Source: Chiloscyllium plagiosum
Taxonomy: Eukaryota
Assembly: GCF_004010195.1 (NCBI RefSeq)
Contig: NC_057718.1
Location: 88,393,355-88,457,354 of the forward strand
DNA: 64,000 nt
Reading direction: 5' to 3'
Positions within the stretch are counted from its first letter, which is position 1. Each line of letters starts with the position of its first letter. Made by a program: the position numbers and the translations under genes. This document shows, in pieces, positions 12,643 to 24,335 of the stretch. The notes below the pieces were generated by a model that did no database searches, had not been told where the DNA came from, and saw only the letters and a list, made by a program, of their open reading frames with translations.

Positions 12643-15033
12643 GATTCTGGGTAATCCAAGATGGAGAATGGAAAAAATTTCAGCTTGTAACAGGTGCTCC
12701 TTTTTTAAGGTATTTTAGGTGTTGAAGGTGATTTCCTCAAATTCCAGGAACAGCAATTACTGTTTTATATGCTGTTGCATTGTTTTGGAACTTTGGAGAA
12801 AAAAAGTCAAAACAACGAAGGTTACTTCAGATTACAACAGAATCTGGACCAGATGGGCCAATGGGCCAAGAAGTGGCAAATGGAGTTTAATTGAGATAAA
12901 TGCGAGATGCTGCATTTTGGGAAAGCAAATCTTAGCAGGACTTATACACTTAATGGTAAGGTCCTAGGGAATGTTGCTGAACAAAGAGACCTTGGAGTGA
13001 AGGTTCATAGCTCCTTGAAAGTGGAGTCACAGGTAGATAGGATAGTGAAGAAGGTGTTTGGTATGCTTTCTTTTATTGACCAGAGTATTGAGTACAGGAG
13101 TTGGGAGGTCATGTTGCGGCTGTACAGGACATTGGTTAGACCACTGTTGGAATATTGTGTGCAATTCCTTCCTATCGGAATGATTAGATGAGATTAGATT
13201 AGATTCCCTACAGTGTGGAAACAGGCCCTTCGGCCCAACAAGTCCACACCGACCCTCCGAAGAGCAACCGCCGCCACCCCCCGCCGATTAATGTACCTAA
13301 CACTATGGGCAACTTAACATGGCCAATTCAATTGAACCTGGACCCTGGGCTGTGAGGCGGCAGTGGTCATAGCTGAGCCATTGTGACGTAAGAATTGGCC
13401 CCAATGATTCAGTCAACATTTTACTGGTGGCAGGGGAGGAGGGTGCAAATTCAATATAATTTTCCCCCCTATATTTAACAAAAACCTTACCAAGGTGCCC
13501 TGTGGCAATTCGGAGACATTTGGGAGAGCAGGGAGATACTGAAGTGGAGAGATTAGATAGTGTTTGACCCATTGTTGGGGACTGCCAGTTTTAGGATTCC
13601 TAACTTTTAGCAGGACACTCCATTACCTCCGCCCCATTCATTAACCTGACTGAGGACATGGGTCAACTTTCTCCCCCCTCCCCTGTTTTGTGCGAGATGA
13701 AGGAGAGTCAGCATCATCATGTCACCTCCGAAAATAAAACGTCTTGGATAGAAGAATATTCATAAAAAAGGAAATTAAGAAAAGCTAAAAAAGTACATAC
13801 ACGACATTCCATTAAATACAAAACGTTAGAGACTGAACCAAAGTCCAGATACTTTGTTATAAAGATGCTGCCAGACCCCCAGAGCTTTTCTAGCAATTTC
13901 TAGTTTTGATTTGGTTATCAATGTTGTATTAAGCTTTAACAGATTGATAAGATTAGATTAGATTCCCTACAGTGTGGAATCAGGCCTTTCAGTCCGACAA
14001 GTCCACACCGACCCTCTGAAGAGCAACTCACCCACCCCCGACTAATGCACCTAGCACTATGGTCAATTTAACATCGTCAGTTCAACTGAGCCTGGCACCC
14101 TGGGGCTGTGAGGCAGCAGGGGTCAAAACTGAGCCACTGTGACGTAAGAATTGGCCCCAATGACAAAGTCAATATTTTTACTGATGGCAGGGTTGGAGGG
14201 TGCAAATTCAACAAATAATTTCCCCCACTATATTTAACAAAAGCTTTGCCAAGCTCAGTCCCTGTGGCAATTCGGAGACATTTGGGAGAGCAGGGAGATA
14301 CTGAAGTGGAGAGGTTAGATAGTGTTTGACCCATTGTTGGGGACTGCCAGTTTTAGGATTCCTAACTTTTAAGCAGGACACTCCAGACCCAGTCTCTCCC
14401 CCTCCGGGGAGGTAGTGAGGGGTAAATCAGGGCCATCCGTAATTAACACCCACATATCCCTACTCCCTAACATTCCTGCATCCCAGACTTGGGACCAGCA
14501 GTGTCTCCCCCAGCCCCATGCACTCACTGATGTTGTGAAACTTGAAAGGGTTCAGAAAAGATTTACAAGGATGTTGCCAGGGTTGGAGGATTTGAGCTAC
14601 AGGGAGAGGCCGAACAGGCTGGGGCTGTTTTCCCTGGAGCATCGGAGGCTGAGGGGTGACCTTATAGAGGTTTACAAAATTATGAGGGGCATGAATAGGA
14701 TAAAAAGACAACGTCTTTTCCCTGGGGTGGGGGAATCCAGAACTATAGGGCATAGGTTTGGGTAAGAGGGGAAAAGATATAAAAGGGACCTTAGGGGCAA
14801 CGTTTTCACACAGAGGGTGGTGGGTGTATGGAATGAGCTGCCAGAGGAAGTGGTGGAGGCTGGTGCAATTGCAACATTTATAAGGTGTTTGGATGGGTAT
14901 ATGAATAGGAAGGGTTTGGAGGGATATGGGCCAGGTGCTGGCAGGTGGGACTAGATCAGGTTGGGATATCTGGTCAGCATGGATGGGTTGGACCGAAGAG
15001 TCTGTTTCCATGCTGTACATCTCTATGACTCTA
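12643..15033 (+). mobile_element. Internally deleted CR1/HER1 LINE (5' UTR fused to ORF2 3' end), split by the 13185-14527 insertion
   Basis: 12643-12816 matches the reverse complement of 60950-61132. ORF2 motifs LHFGKAN, LVRPLLEYCVQF | DVVKLERVQKRFTRMLPGL; ctatgactcta tail. Confidence 0.85.
13185..14527 (-). other. Antisense duplicated copy of the 5' end of the AKAP12-like intron (16583-17508, then again 16739-~17160); probable retrocopy
   Basis: Reverse complement begins GTGAGTGCATGGGGC, the intron donor, and ends in an (aatct)n SINE tail. Flanked by TGAT at 13181-13184 and 14528-14531 within a CR1. Confidence 0.85.
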
Positions 15034-15130
15034 AGTGTACTACAACCTCTTCAATTAGCAACCACATGAAAAATTTCACTGGACAATGTCAGTGACAAGT
15101 TGACAGGGAATTAGTAAAGGGTTTTTTTTT

Positions 15131-15407
15131 TAGATTACTTACAGTGTGGAAACAGGCCCTTCGGCCCAACAAGTCCACACCGCCACGCCGAAGCGCAAGC
15201 CACCCATACCCCTACATTTACCCCTTACCTAACAGTACGGGCAATTTAGCATGGCCAATTCACCTGACCTGCACATCTTTGGACTGTGGGAGGAAACCGG
15301 AGCACCCGGAGGAAACCCACGCAGACACGGGGAGAATGTGCAAACTCCACACAGTCAGTCGCCTGAGGCGGGAATTGAACCCGGGTCTCTGGCGCTGTGA
15401 GGCAGCA
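15131..15407 (-). mobile_element. HE1-type V-SINE (young, CpG-rich copy)
   Basis: Near-identical reverse complement of 46111-46415. Confidence 0.9.
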
Positions 15408-15569
15408 GGTTGGGGTAATGAAAATCCTCCTTTACAGTTGTTGAATGTTTTATCTGTATTTCTGTCCTGCAAGTCATGTAAATTGAGGGATCCACCAATT
15501 CAAATTACCATGGAATTTGGGAAACAATCAGGTGCAAATGGCCTATCCTTGTTTCAGATTTAGCCTTAG

Positions 15570-15830
15570 AATGACAGAGGAAATGCTGCAGTGTCAGTGT
15601 TGCCTTTCACAACTAGCAGTGTTTCAAATCAGAGCAGGGCGGTTTTCCCCAGATTTCACCACAGCCACAAACAATATCACTAAAACACACTATTTGGTCA
15701 GAGCTACGTTGCTGATGATGTGATCTTGCAGTATGCAAATTAGTGGCTGTTTATCCCACCTCATAATGGTAACTAATTATGCTACTAAGGGTATTTGACT
15801 ACTTATAGTTTAAAACATTTGGGGGTGCCT
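15570..15830 (+). mobile_element. Old SacSINE1/Deu-type SINE remnant
   Basis: aagagcagggc..ttccc..aatatcactaaaac..ttgctg..gcaaatt pattern shared with 27760-28100 and 45725-45990. Confidence 0.5.
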
Positions 15831-15839
15831 TTTAGTCAG

Positions 15840-16492
15840 CTGCAGAGGCGTGAGAGAGAGGCATCTTTTTATGTTTTGCTCAGTTTTTCTGCGTGTTTGT
15901 TACACATTTTAAATAGTTGGGACTTGCGCTTCTGACTAAATATCAGAGAGCTTTGAGGGGTGGGAGTGGAAAGCGGTTGGCTGCCGCTTCCTTGGTCCCT
16001 CCCTGTCCTGTTTCCTATTGGTTCGGGATCAGATTTTGGACCACGAAGAAGCCAGGAGATTGAGGATAGTTATAGAAAGCAGTCTGGATTGGAGTGGAGG
16101 GACTACAGTGAGAGACTGCATAGAAGGAGACAATCTGTCTCAGGAGCTATAGGGTCGAAGTCTGAAGCCAGGACAAGAGGGGCGTTACAATATCCAGCCT
16201 GATCCTAGAGGGGGATCAGTGTCCAGTCTGACCCCTGAGGAGGGGCGGTGTGAGGGAAAGAGGGGGTTACAGTGTCCAATCTGACCGCAGGGGTGGGGAG
16301 GGAGATATTAAGTCTAGCCCCAGGGAGAGTGATGATGGTAGTGTCATTCTGAATGCGGAGGGTCTCAGTGAGTGGAGCTTCGGATGGTGAAGCCGAGCGG
16401 TTTAACGAGCAGTCTGCGGGGGCTTGCCCACAGGCCGAGCTAGGGACCTGTCTTGCCTTGTCTGCCTGAATGACACCCCGAAAATCTGGGAG
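15840..16492 (+). promoter_or_regulatory. Putative CpG-rich promoter / 5' UTR of the AKAP12-like gene
   Basis: Local CpG and GC enrichment relative to flanks. Inverted CCAAT (ATTGG) near 16017 and 16088, GC box GGGGCGG near 16242, directly upstream of the ATG. TSS not determinable. Confidence 0.5.
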
Positions 16493-16582
16493 ATGGGAAG
16501 CGGCATCTCAGCGCAGGAGCCAGACCAACCCAGCCCGAGCGAGCAGCAGGAGGGACAGCGCACTGAGAGAGTGGACGGAGGG
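16493..16582 (+). CDS. AKAP12: First coding exon of an AKAP12 (gravin)-like A-kinase anchoring protein: MGSGISAQEPDQPSPSEQQEGQRTERVDGG
   Basis: ATG in strong Kozak context (gagATGg) in a CpG-rich stretch. MGxxxS myristoylation motif. 90 nt followed by a canonical GG|gtgagt donor (phase 0), in phase with the exon at 57579. Resembles the AKAP12 N-terminus (MGAGSS.../MGATPS...); a paralogue is not excluded. Confidence 0.72.
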
Positions 16583-16940
16583 GTGAGTGCATGGGGCTGC
16601 CGGGGGGGTGGAGAGAAACACTGCTGGGTCCCAGTCTGGGATGCAGGAATGTTAGGGAGTAGGGATATGTGGGTGTTAATTACGGATGGCCCTGATTTAC
16701 CCCTCACTACCTCCCCGGAGGGGGAGAGACTGGGTCTGGAGTGTCCTGCTAAAAGTTAGGAATCCTAAAACTGGCAGTCACCAACAATGGGTCAAACACT
16801 ATCTAACCTCTCCACTTCAGTATCTCCCTGCCACAGGGACTGATCTTGGTGAGGTTTTTGTGAAATATAGTGGGGGAAATTATTTTGTTGAATTTGCACC
16901 CTCCTTACCCCTGCCATCAGTAAAATGTTGACTGCGTCAT

Positions 16941-17163
16941 TGAGCCACTGTGACGTAAGAATTGGCCCCAGTTGTGACCACTGCCGCCCCTCAGCCCCAG
17001 GGGGCCAGGCTCAATTGAATTGGCCACGGTAAGTTGCCCATAGTGTTAGATGCGTTAGTCGGGGGCTGGGGGGGGAGTTGCGCTTCAGAGGGTTGGTGTG
17101 GACTTGTCGGGCCGAAGGGCCCGTTCCCACACTGTAGGGAATCTAAGCTAATCCAATCCATCT
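16941..17163 (+). mobile_element. Internally deleted HE1-type SINE in intron, with micro-inverted head
   Basis: accactgccgcc..., aattggccacggtaagttgccc, gtgtggacttgtcgggccgaaggg and a gggaatctaagctaatcc tail. Confidence 0.75.
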
Positions 17164-17849
17164 GTTAAGACTTAACACAACGTGGACCTAACGAACATTG
17201 ATATTCAAATCAAAATCAGGAATTGCTGGAAAAGCTCAGGGGGTCTGGCAAGGTCTTTATAACAAAGTATCTGGACTTTGGTTCAGTCTCTAACGTAGAG
17301 TACAATGGTTTTATTTAACGGAATGTCGTGTGTGTTACTTTAGCTTTTAAAATTTCCTTTTGTTTTTGAATATTCTTCCATCCAAGACGTTTTGTTTTCG
17401 GAGGTGACACGTTGATGCTGACCCTCCTTCATCTCGCACAAAAACCGGGGAGGGGGGAGAAAGTTGACCCATGTCCTCAGTCAGGTTAATGAATGGGGCA
17501 GAGGAAATCTTTTATGAAAAAGACTATTAGCGTGCCTGAGCGCCAATTAAATTCTCTCTTTCTATGACTGTCTGGATAGACTTACAAAGCATATGTTACC
17601 ATATTGGGAGCGCATTGAAGATCATCGAGCTATGTGAACGAAGGCGATGCTGTGCTAGCGAGGATGAGATGTCCGCAGGCTTTATATCCAGCTCCCTACT
17701 CTTTCATTCCAAATGACTGGAATTATAATGAAAAGTGGAGTCTGCAATACAAATTCCTGGGAAAAAGAATTAGCATTTTGACAGCTGGAATTTGTATCAA
17801 CTATCTCTAATCTCTCACTCTTAATCAGTTTTGTGTTGTGTAGATTAAC

Positions 17850-18900
17850 TGGGGACAATGGGGGATTGTGATGTAAGCAGTGATCTAGTTGGGGAAATAT
17901 ATTAACACTCAAGATGGATAAAATAACATTAAGTATACCCAAACCATCACAATGGGAATGTAAAGCTTGCCCCATTTGGGAGTGGTTGAGCTGAATAGCA
18001 TTTACCGGAAGGGAAGGAGACACTAACTGAAGGATATGGTATAAAATGTAATAATGTGGGAGGTGGTTTACTTGGAGGAGAATAGTCTCATTACACATAA
18101 ACAGCACTTATTGTTTACAAATCTATGTAACTGTGACAGTGGATCAAGTAAAAGAAAGGTATCAAGAATGGAACAAAATATGTTAGAGGGGAATGGTTGA
18201 TTTGCTGAAGTAGCTTTCTTTTGAGGAATGTAAAAGTGGGGCTACTGAAGGAAGAATGGGTAATAGAACTAGAGAGGGACTGGAGGGTGTGTAATTATAA
18301 TAAGGATAGAAAGTTATTAAGCTTGACTGGTATACATCCCAGGGTGCTAAAGGCTGAGGAAAGTGGAGAATTTGTATTATTTTATTCAAAAAATCTTGGA
18401 CATTAACTGTACCACAGTACTGAAAAATGTAAAAAATACTTTTTCAAGAAAGGGAGAAAATTGCGAGTCAGAAGATTGATCAATTAGTTTTACCTGGGAC
18501 GGGAGTAATTGGAGTTTGTAATCTAAAATGAAATTAGTGAGTATTATGGAGTCCCACTTAATGATTAGGTCGTTGACCTTTGCTCTGAATGAGATGATGT
18601 TAGAGAATCTTTTTATCTAGACTAGATTTGATGTCAAATGTTCGAACCTGGTGAAGAAAGTGCATTCTAGCACATTGAGGTTTGGTTTTATTCTGATGAA
18701 ACTGTGCTGCAGCCCTTCCAAGGTCAGTATGTCCTTCCTGGGGTGTGGTACTCAAAGCTGTATGCAGTGCTACAGATGGGATCTGAATAAGTTCAATACA
18801 ACTGGAGGGCAACTTCCTAACCCTTAAATTCCAATTTTCCATGCAGCATTTTGTGCAATTTCTGTACCTGCGCACTGGCTTTTTTTTTGAGATTTCTATA
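17850..18900. mobile_element. Highly decayed CR1 ORF2 remnant
   Basis: GIHPRVLK-like motif and ttttcaagaaagggag; inverted ORF2 3' piece at ~18690-18900. Confidence 0.5.
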
Positions 18901-19204
18901 CTTGGACACCTAAATTAATCTGTTACTTTAACATTTGCAGATAACAAGTGAGAGCATGTCAAACTGAGGATGGCTATAGGAGAGCGTGGCTGACAGAATG
19001 GACCATGCAAAGTGATAAATTGTTGGTTTAGTGGACTTGGGGAAGTCGGTGGGAATGTGCATGAATACTAAGACTCTAACCATGAAGGTCCCCAGAACTC
19101 AGCACCTTCATAACATTTGAAAGTTGACAATTTGCATGCAAAATGCCTAAAAACATGGGAATTTCAAATTTTGGGTTGAAGATTTCAAATGATAAAGGCA
19201 GTTA

Positions 19205-20700
19205 TTCTGTCATGGAAGCAGACCGTTCGGTCCAATCTGTCAATGCCGACCAGATATCCCAACCCTATCTAGTCCCACCTGCGAGCACCCGGCCCATATC
19301 CCTCCAAACCCTTCCTATTCGTACACCCATCCGAATGTCTCTTAAATGTTCCAATTGTACCAGCCTCCACCACTTCCTCTGGCAGCTCGTCCCATACATG
19401 TACCACCCTGTGTGTGAAAACGTTGCCCCGCAGTTCTCTTTTATATCTTTCCCCTCTCATCCTAAACCCATACCCTTTAGTTCTAGACTCCCCGACCCTA
19501 GGGAAAATACTTTGCCTATTTACCCTATCCATGCCCCTCATAATTGTGTAAACCTCTATAAGGTCACCCCTCAGCCTCCGACGCTCCAGGGAAAACCGCG
19601 CAAGCCTGCTTAGCCTCTCCCCTAGCTCAAATAATCCAACCCTGGCAACATCCTTGTAAATCTTTTCTGAACCCTTTCAAATTTCACAACATCTTTCCGA
19701 AAGAAAGGCGACCAGAATTGCATGCAATATTCCAACAGTGGCCTCACCAATGTCCTGTATGTTGATCCGCAACATGACCTCCCAACTCCTGTACTCAATA
19801 CTCTGACCAATAAAGGAAAGCATACCAAACGCCGCCTTCACTATCCTATCTACCTGCAACTTCACTTTCAAGGAGCTATGAACCTGCACTCCAAGGTCTC
19901 TTTGTTCAGCAACACTCCCTCGGACCTTATCATTAAGTGTATAAGTCCTGCTAAGATTTGCTTTCCCAAAATGCAGCACTTCTCATTTATCTGAATTAAA
20001 CTCCATCTGCCACTTCTCAGCCTTTTGGCCCATCTGGTCAAGATCCTGTTGCAGTCTGAGGTAACCCTCTTAGTTGTCCACTACACCTCCAATTTTGGTG
20101 TCATCTGCAAACTTACTAACTGTACCTCTTATGCTCGCATCAAAATCATTTATGTAAATGACAAAACGTAGAGGGCCCAGCACCAATTCTTGTGGCACTC
20201 CACTGGTCGCTGGCCTCCAGTCTGAAAAACAACCATCCACCACCACCCTCTGTCTTCTACCTTTGAGCCAGTTCTGTATCCAAATGGCTAGTTCTCCCTG
20301 TATTTCATGAGATCTAACCTTGCTAATGCGTCTCCCATGGGGGAACCTTGTCGAACACCTTACTGAAGTCCATATAGATCACATCAACCGCTCTGGCCTC
20401 ATCAATTCTCTCTGTTACTTCCTCAAAAAACTCAATCAAGTTTGTGAGACATGATTTCCCACGCACAAAGCCATGTTGACTATCCCTAATCAGTCCTTGC
20501 CTTTCCAAATACATGTACATCCTGTCCCTCAGGATTCCCTCCAACAACTTGCCCACCACTGACGTCAGGCTCACTGGTCTACAGTTCCCTGGCTTGTCCT
20601 TACCACCCTTCTTAAACAGTGGCACCACGTTTGCCAACCTCCAGTCTTCGAGCACCTCACCTGTGACTATCGATGATACAAATATCTCAGCAAGAGGCCC
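19205..20700 (-). mobile_element. CR1/HER1 LINE ORF2 3' half (RT)
   Basis: WRLANVVPLFKKG, RPVSLTSVVGKLLE, QHGFVRGKSCLTNL, YMDFSKVFDKVP, FADD. Confidence 0.92.
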
Positions 20701-21099
20701 ACAGTCTGATTCTTTCAAAAGAAATCACTAAGCACCTGAATTGTAATACTTAGACCCTATTATTTTGTAGGCAAATGCACAGCGAGCTAAGAGATTTTCA
20801 AATTGAATGCATTTACTGTTTGGATCCTTGTGCACATCTCAGTCTTATGGACAATTATTTTGAAGCCCAAATCAATGTGACAGTCGTTTAGCACATGGCA
20901 ATGTCTTAAGTGTTGCATCAATGACCGGTTCTTTGGTTTTTAGGTGGTGACATGAGGGTTGTTGGCCAACATACAAGGAGAATAGTTTTTATTTAGCAGC
21001 ACTTCTTGTTCATTTGGGTTTAAGATTAAACTCTCTAGATTGTTAGCCTAGACTGAGTATGAGACCGTCAATTTGCTTGTGCGTTAGTTGGGATGTTAA

Positions 21100-21390
21100 T
21101 CCTCATCCATTTCACCAGTTTCCTTATTCCCTCCCCACTTTACCCCAGATCCAAACTTGCAACTCGGCACCGCCCTCTTGAACTGTCCCACCTATCCACT
21201 CCACCCTCCTCTCTGATCTATTACCTTTACCCACACCTTCATCTACCTATCGCATTTTCAATCTCAGCCCCTGCTCTGGCCTACAAGCCTCATTCCTGAT
21301 GAAGGGCTTATGTTCGAAATGTTGACTCCTCCTGCTCATTGGATGCTATCTGACTGGATGTGCTTTTCCAGCATCACACCTTTTGACCCT
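21100..21390 (+). mobile_element. Decayed PLE 3' fragment with hammerhead remnant
   Basis: cattcctgatgaagggcttatgttcgaaatgttga followed by pLTR-like sequence. Confidence 0.65.
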
Positions 21391-23471
21391 TTTTGGGGAG
21401 GCCTACTTTCAGTGTGCTTAATGATGTGTTGCTAATTTAAAACAGAGATTCTTTTCTGATAGTTACCTGACGGAGGTCTTTTAAAGTTTTTTTTAATAAG
21501 ATGTTTAAGGTAGATAGAGAGAAGATATTTCCATGTCTGGGAATGGGAGCCTGTAAATATGACACTTGACAAATTCAGTGACAAATTCAGTGAGGAATTC
21601 AGGAGACACGTCTCTTTCTGTAGGAAAGAGTTTAAAAATCACAAACTCTAGGTTATAGTCCAAAAGATTTATTTGGAAGAACTAGCATTCTGTAGCTGTG
21701 GAGCAGGCAGCTGGAGGAAGGAGAGGGGGCCTGTTATCACATCACATGGAGAGGTGGTGCACAGAACATAGATATGTTTAAGGGGAAGCTGGGCAAGTAA
21801 TGAGAGGAAAAGAATGGAAGGAGTTGTTGACAAGTTTAGATGAATTACAGTGAGGGGGAATTATATGGAATGTAATCACTGGCACAGACATGTTGTGCTG
21901 AAAATGTCTTCCTTACTGAAACCACCCTGATTCTTTTCTTCCCAAAGGATTTTTGGAGTGGAGTCAAACTATTGAACAGTATGGAGTGGATCTTATTCCC
22001 CATTTCAGTCATGCAACTTATATCAGTGCAAGTGTCCACAACTTAAAAAATTAAACTAACTCTTCACATTCTAAAATCCTTCGTGTGAGTATAGACATTC
22101 CCATGACCTTTGCCTTCTCCCTTTTTCACCCCTGGTCCCCTGGGAGTAAAGCGAGGAAGGAAAAAATTATAACAAATGCTTCTCTCTGGGCTAATCTTTA
22201 GTGGCAATCAGTGTATCCACGTTAGAGTACTGCAGTTTGCAGTACAGCAGCTGGTATGTTTTGGAAAATGTAGATAGTTCCTTACTTGGAATTAGTGAAG
22301 ATGTAGATACGAGTCTAGTCCTTCCAGTTTAACATATATGGAGAGATTGGAACAGCACTGGTGCATTTAAAGACAGTCTTGATATGTGTGGGAGAACGGA
22401 ATAGGACTGTGGAATTAAGAGGAATTAGAGTTTGGGAGTAAGCTTGCCTGAATTATGAATACCTGAATGGGTCTAATGGCTTGCTTCTGGAATGCTGCTT
22501 CTAGGATTTATTGCAATTTTGTTTCCACACCGAGGCTGTTTTGTTAAGGTTTGAATTTGATTTAGGCAAGCATGGTGGTTGATGTATCATAAACTACATG
22601 CATATTGTAACCCCTTAATCCTGAGTGCTCTAAGATGTTTAGATGTCAGCCAGTTTAATTACATTGGAGATGTCATTCTTTTTTGAGAAAAAGAAACGGG
22701 GTTTTGAATTCTACAGAGTGGTAATGTTATAATCTAATTTTCATAGCTTTCTCAATTAGGGGCAATCAATCCAAACTGAACCCCAAGTTTTCTTGCATAA
22801 AACTTGCCTGGAAAAATGATAAATTGTGCTCCTAAAATAGAGTTCTCTTTCTTTTGATGGATTTGTGCTGATTTGAGTAAACCTGCTGATTGAAGAAGCT
22901 TTAGATACTGGGACAATGTGAGCTTTTGAAGATGAGTGGAAAGGATGATGTTGGTAAAGATCCAGAAATAAGGCAGGTCAATGAAGTTGTGGTCTAAATC
23001 TAAATGAATGGTGGAACTGGCTCAAAAGGACTGAATGGCTTCCTGTTGCTATGTGCCTTTTCCATTACTGTTGACTTCACTACTGGACCTGTTTTTTTTA
23101 TTCTACGTATATCCAGTCTCATTAAATCAATCTGTATTGCTTTTTTGAAAATGCGAATCTGCCTTTCAAATTTTCGCAGTAAAACTGTTGTTTCATCCAA
23201 GCTCCAGGCAATGACTAGTTGTTATTCCTCTTAATATTCGTTAGGCTTCCAATAATTGCTTTGCTTTTGCCTTCCACCAAAATTACACTTGAACTGTAGC
23301 CACACCCACATGCAGTCTTGAAGTGAGCATCTTCAAAACCTGTAGCAAATTTTAATCACCATTTTGTCCAGAATTTCAAATATCGCCATCTATTGTTCTT
23401 TGAAGAAATTTGAAACAACTTAGGAATGAATTTCTGTCTCTTTCCAATTTTGATCAAAATTCATTCCACTG

Positions 23472-23780
23472 AGTGGCTCAGTGGTTAGCACTGCTGCCTC
23501 ACAGGACCAGGGACCCAAGTTTACTTACTGTCTTGGGGGACTGTATGGAGTTTGCATGTTTCCCAGTATCTGTATGGGTTTCCTCCCGCAGTTCAAAGAT
23601 GTGCAGGTTAGGTGGATTGGCTATGCTAAATTGTCTGTAGTGTCCAGGGGGTGTATTAGCCATAGTAAATGTGGGGTTATGGTGATAGGATGTGGAGCTG
23701 GGGCTGGGTGGGATGATCGTTGGAGAATTAGTGCAGACTCAATGGGCCAAGTGGCCTTTTTCCACAGTAGAGATTCTGTT
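23472..23780 (+). mobile_element. HE1-type V-SINE (diverged)
   Basis: gtggctcagtggttagcactgctgcctcac head; gatgtgcaggttaggtggattggc body. Confidence 0.8.
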
Positions 23781-24029
23781 TTATCTTGTTCCAGCAAGTA
23801 GTCAAGAATATGAAGCATTCTGTATTGACAATTATTACTACGTATTGAATAAATTTATTCTGGCCTTGATGTGTTCATACCGATATGAACACATCTGGAG
23901 TTTGTGTTCCCAGCTGTGACTGTACTGATTTCAAGTCTTCACTTCACTTGCCTGAGTATTAATTGGGCAGATCCTCAGTGGTGCTTTCAGCTACTTAACC
24001 GATGAGCTGGAGTTTGCTCCTTCAAAGAC

Positions 24030-24335
24030 AAAGATTTGTCCCTGCGGTGGGGGAGTCCAGAACTAGAGGGTGAGAGGGAAAGATATGAGACCTAAGGGGC
24101 AACATTTTCACAGAGGGTGGTACATATATGGAATGAGCTGCCAGCGGAAGTGGTGGAGTCTGGTACAATTACAGCATTTTAAAAGGGATTTGGATGGGTA
24201 TATGAATAGAAAGAGTTTGGAGGGGTATGGGCCGGGTGCTGGCAAGTGGGACTAGATTAGGTTAGGATATCTGGTCGGCATGGACGAATTGGACCGAAGG
24301 GTCTGATTCTGTGCCGTACATCTCTATGACTCTAA
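24030..24335 (+). mobile_element. CR1/HER1 3' end
   Basis: Standard 3' UTR ending ctctatgactcta. Confidence 0.8.

Noticed and set aside
16424..16759. 111-aa single-exon ORF
   Set aside because: Only 16493-16582 is supported as coding; the remainder reads through the gtgagt donor into intron.
17599..17608. CArG-like ccatattggg (AKAP12-alpha is a known SRF target)
   Set aside because: Imperfect match to CC(A/T)6GG and expected by chance; no conservation data available.
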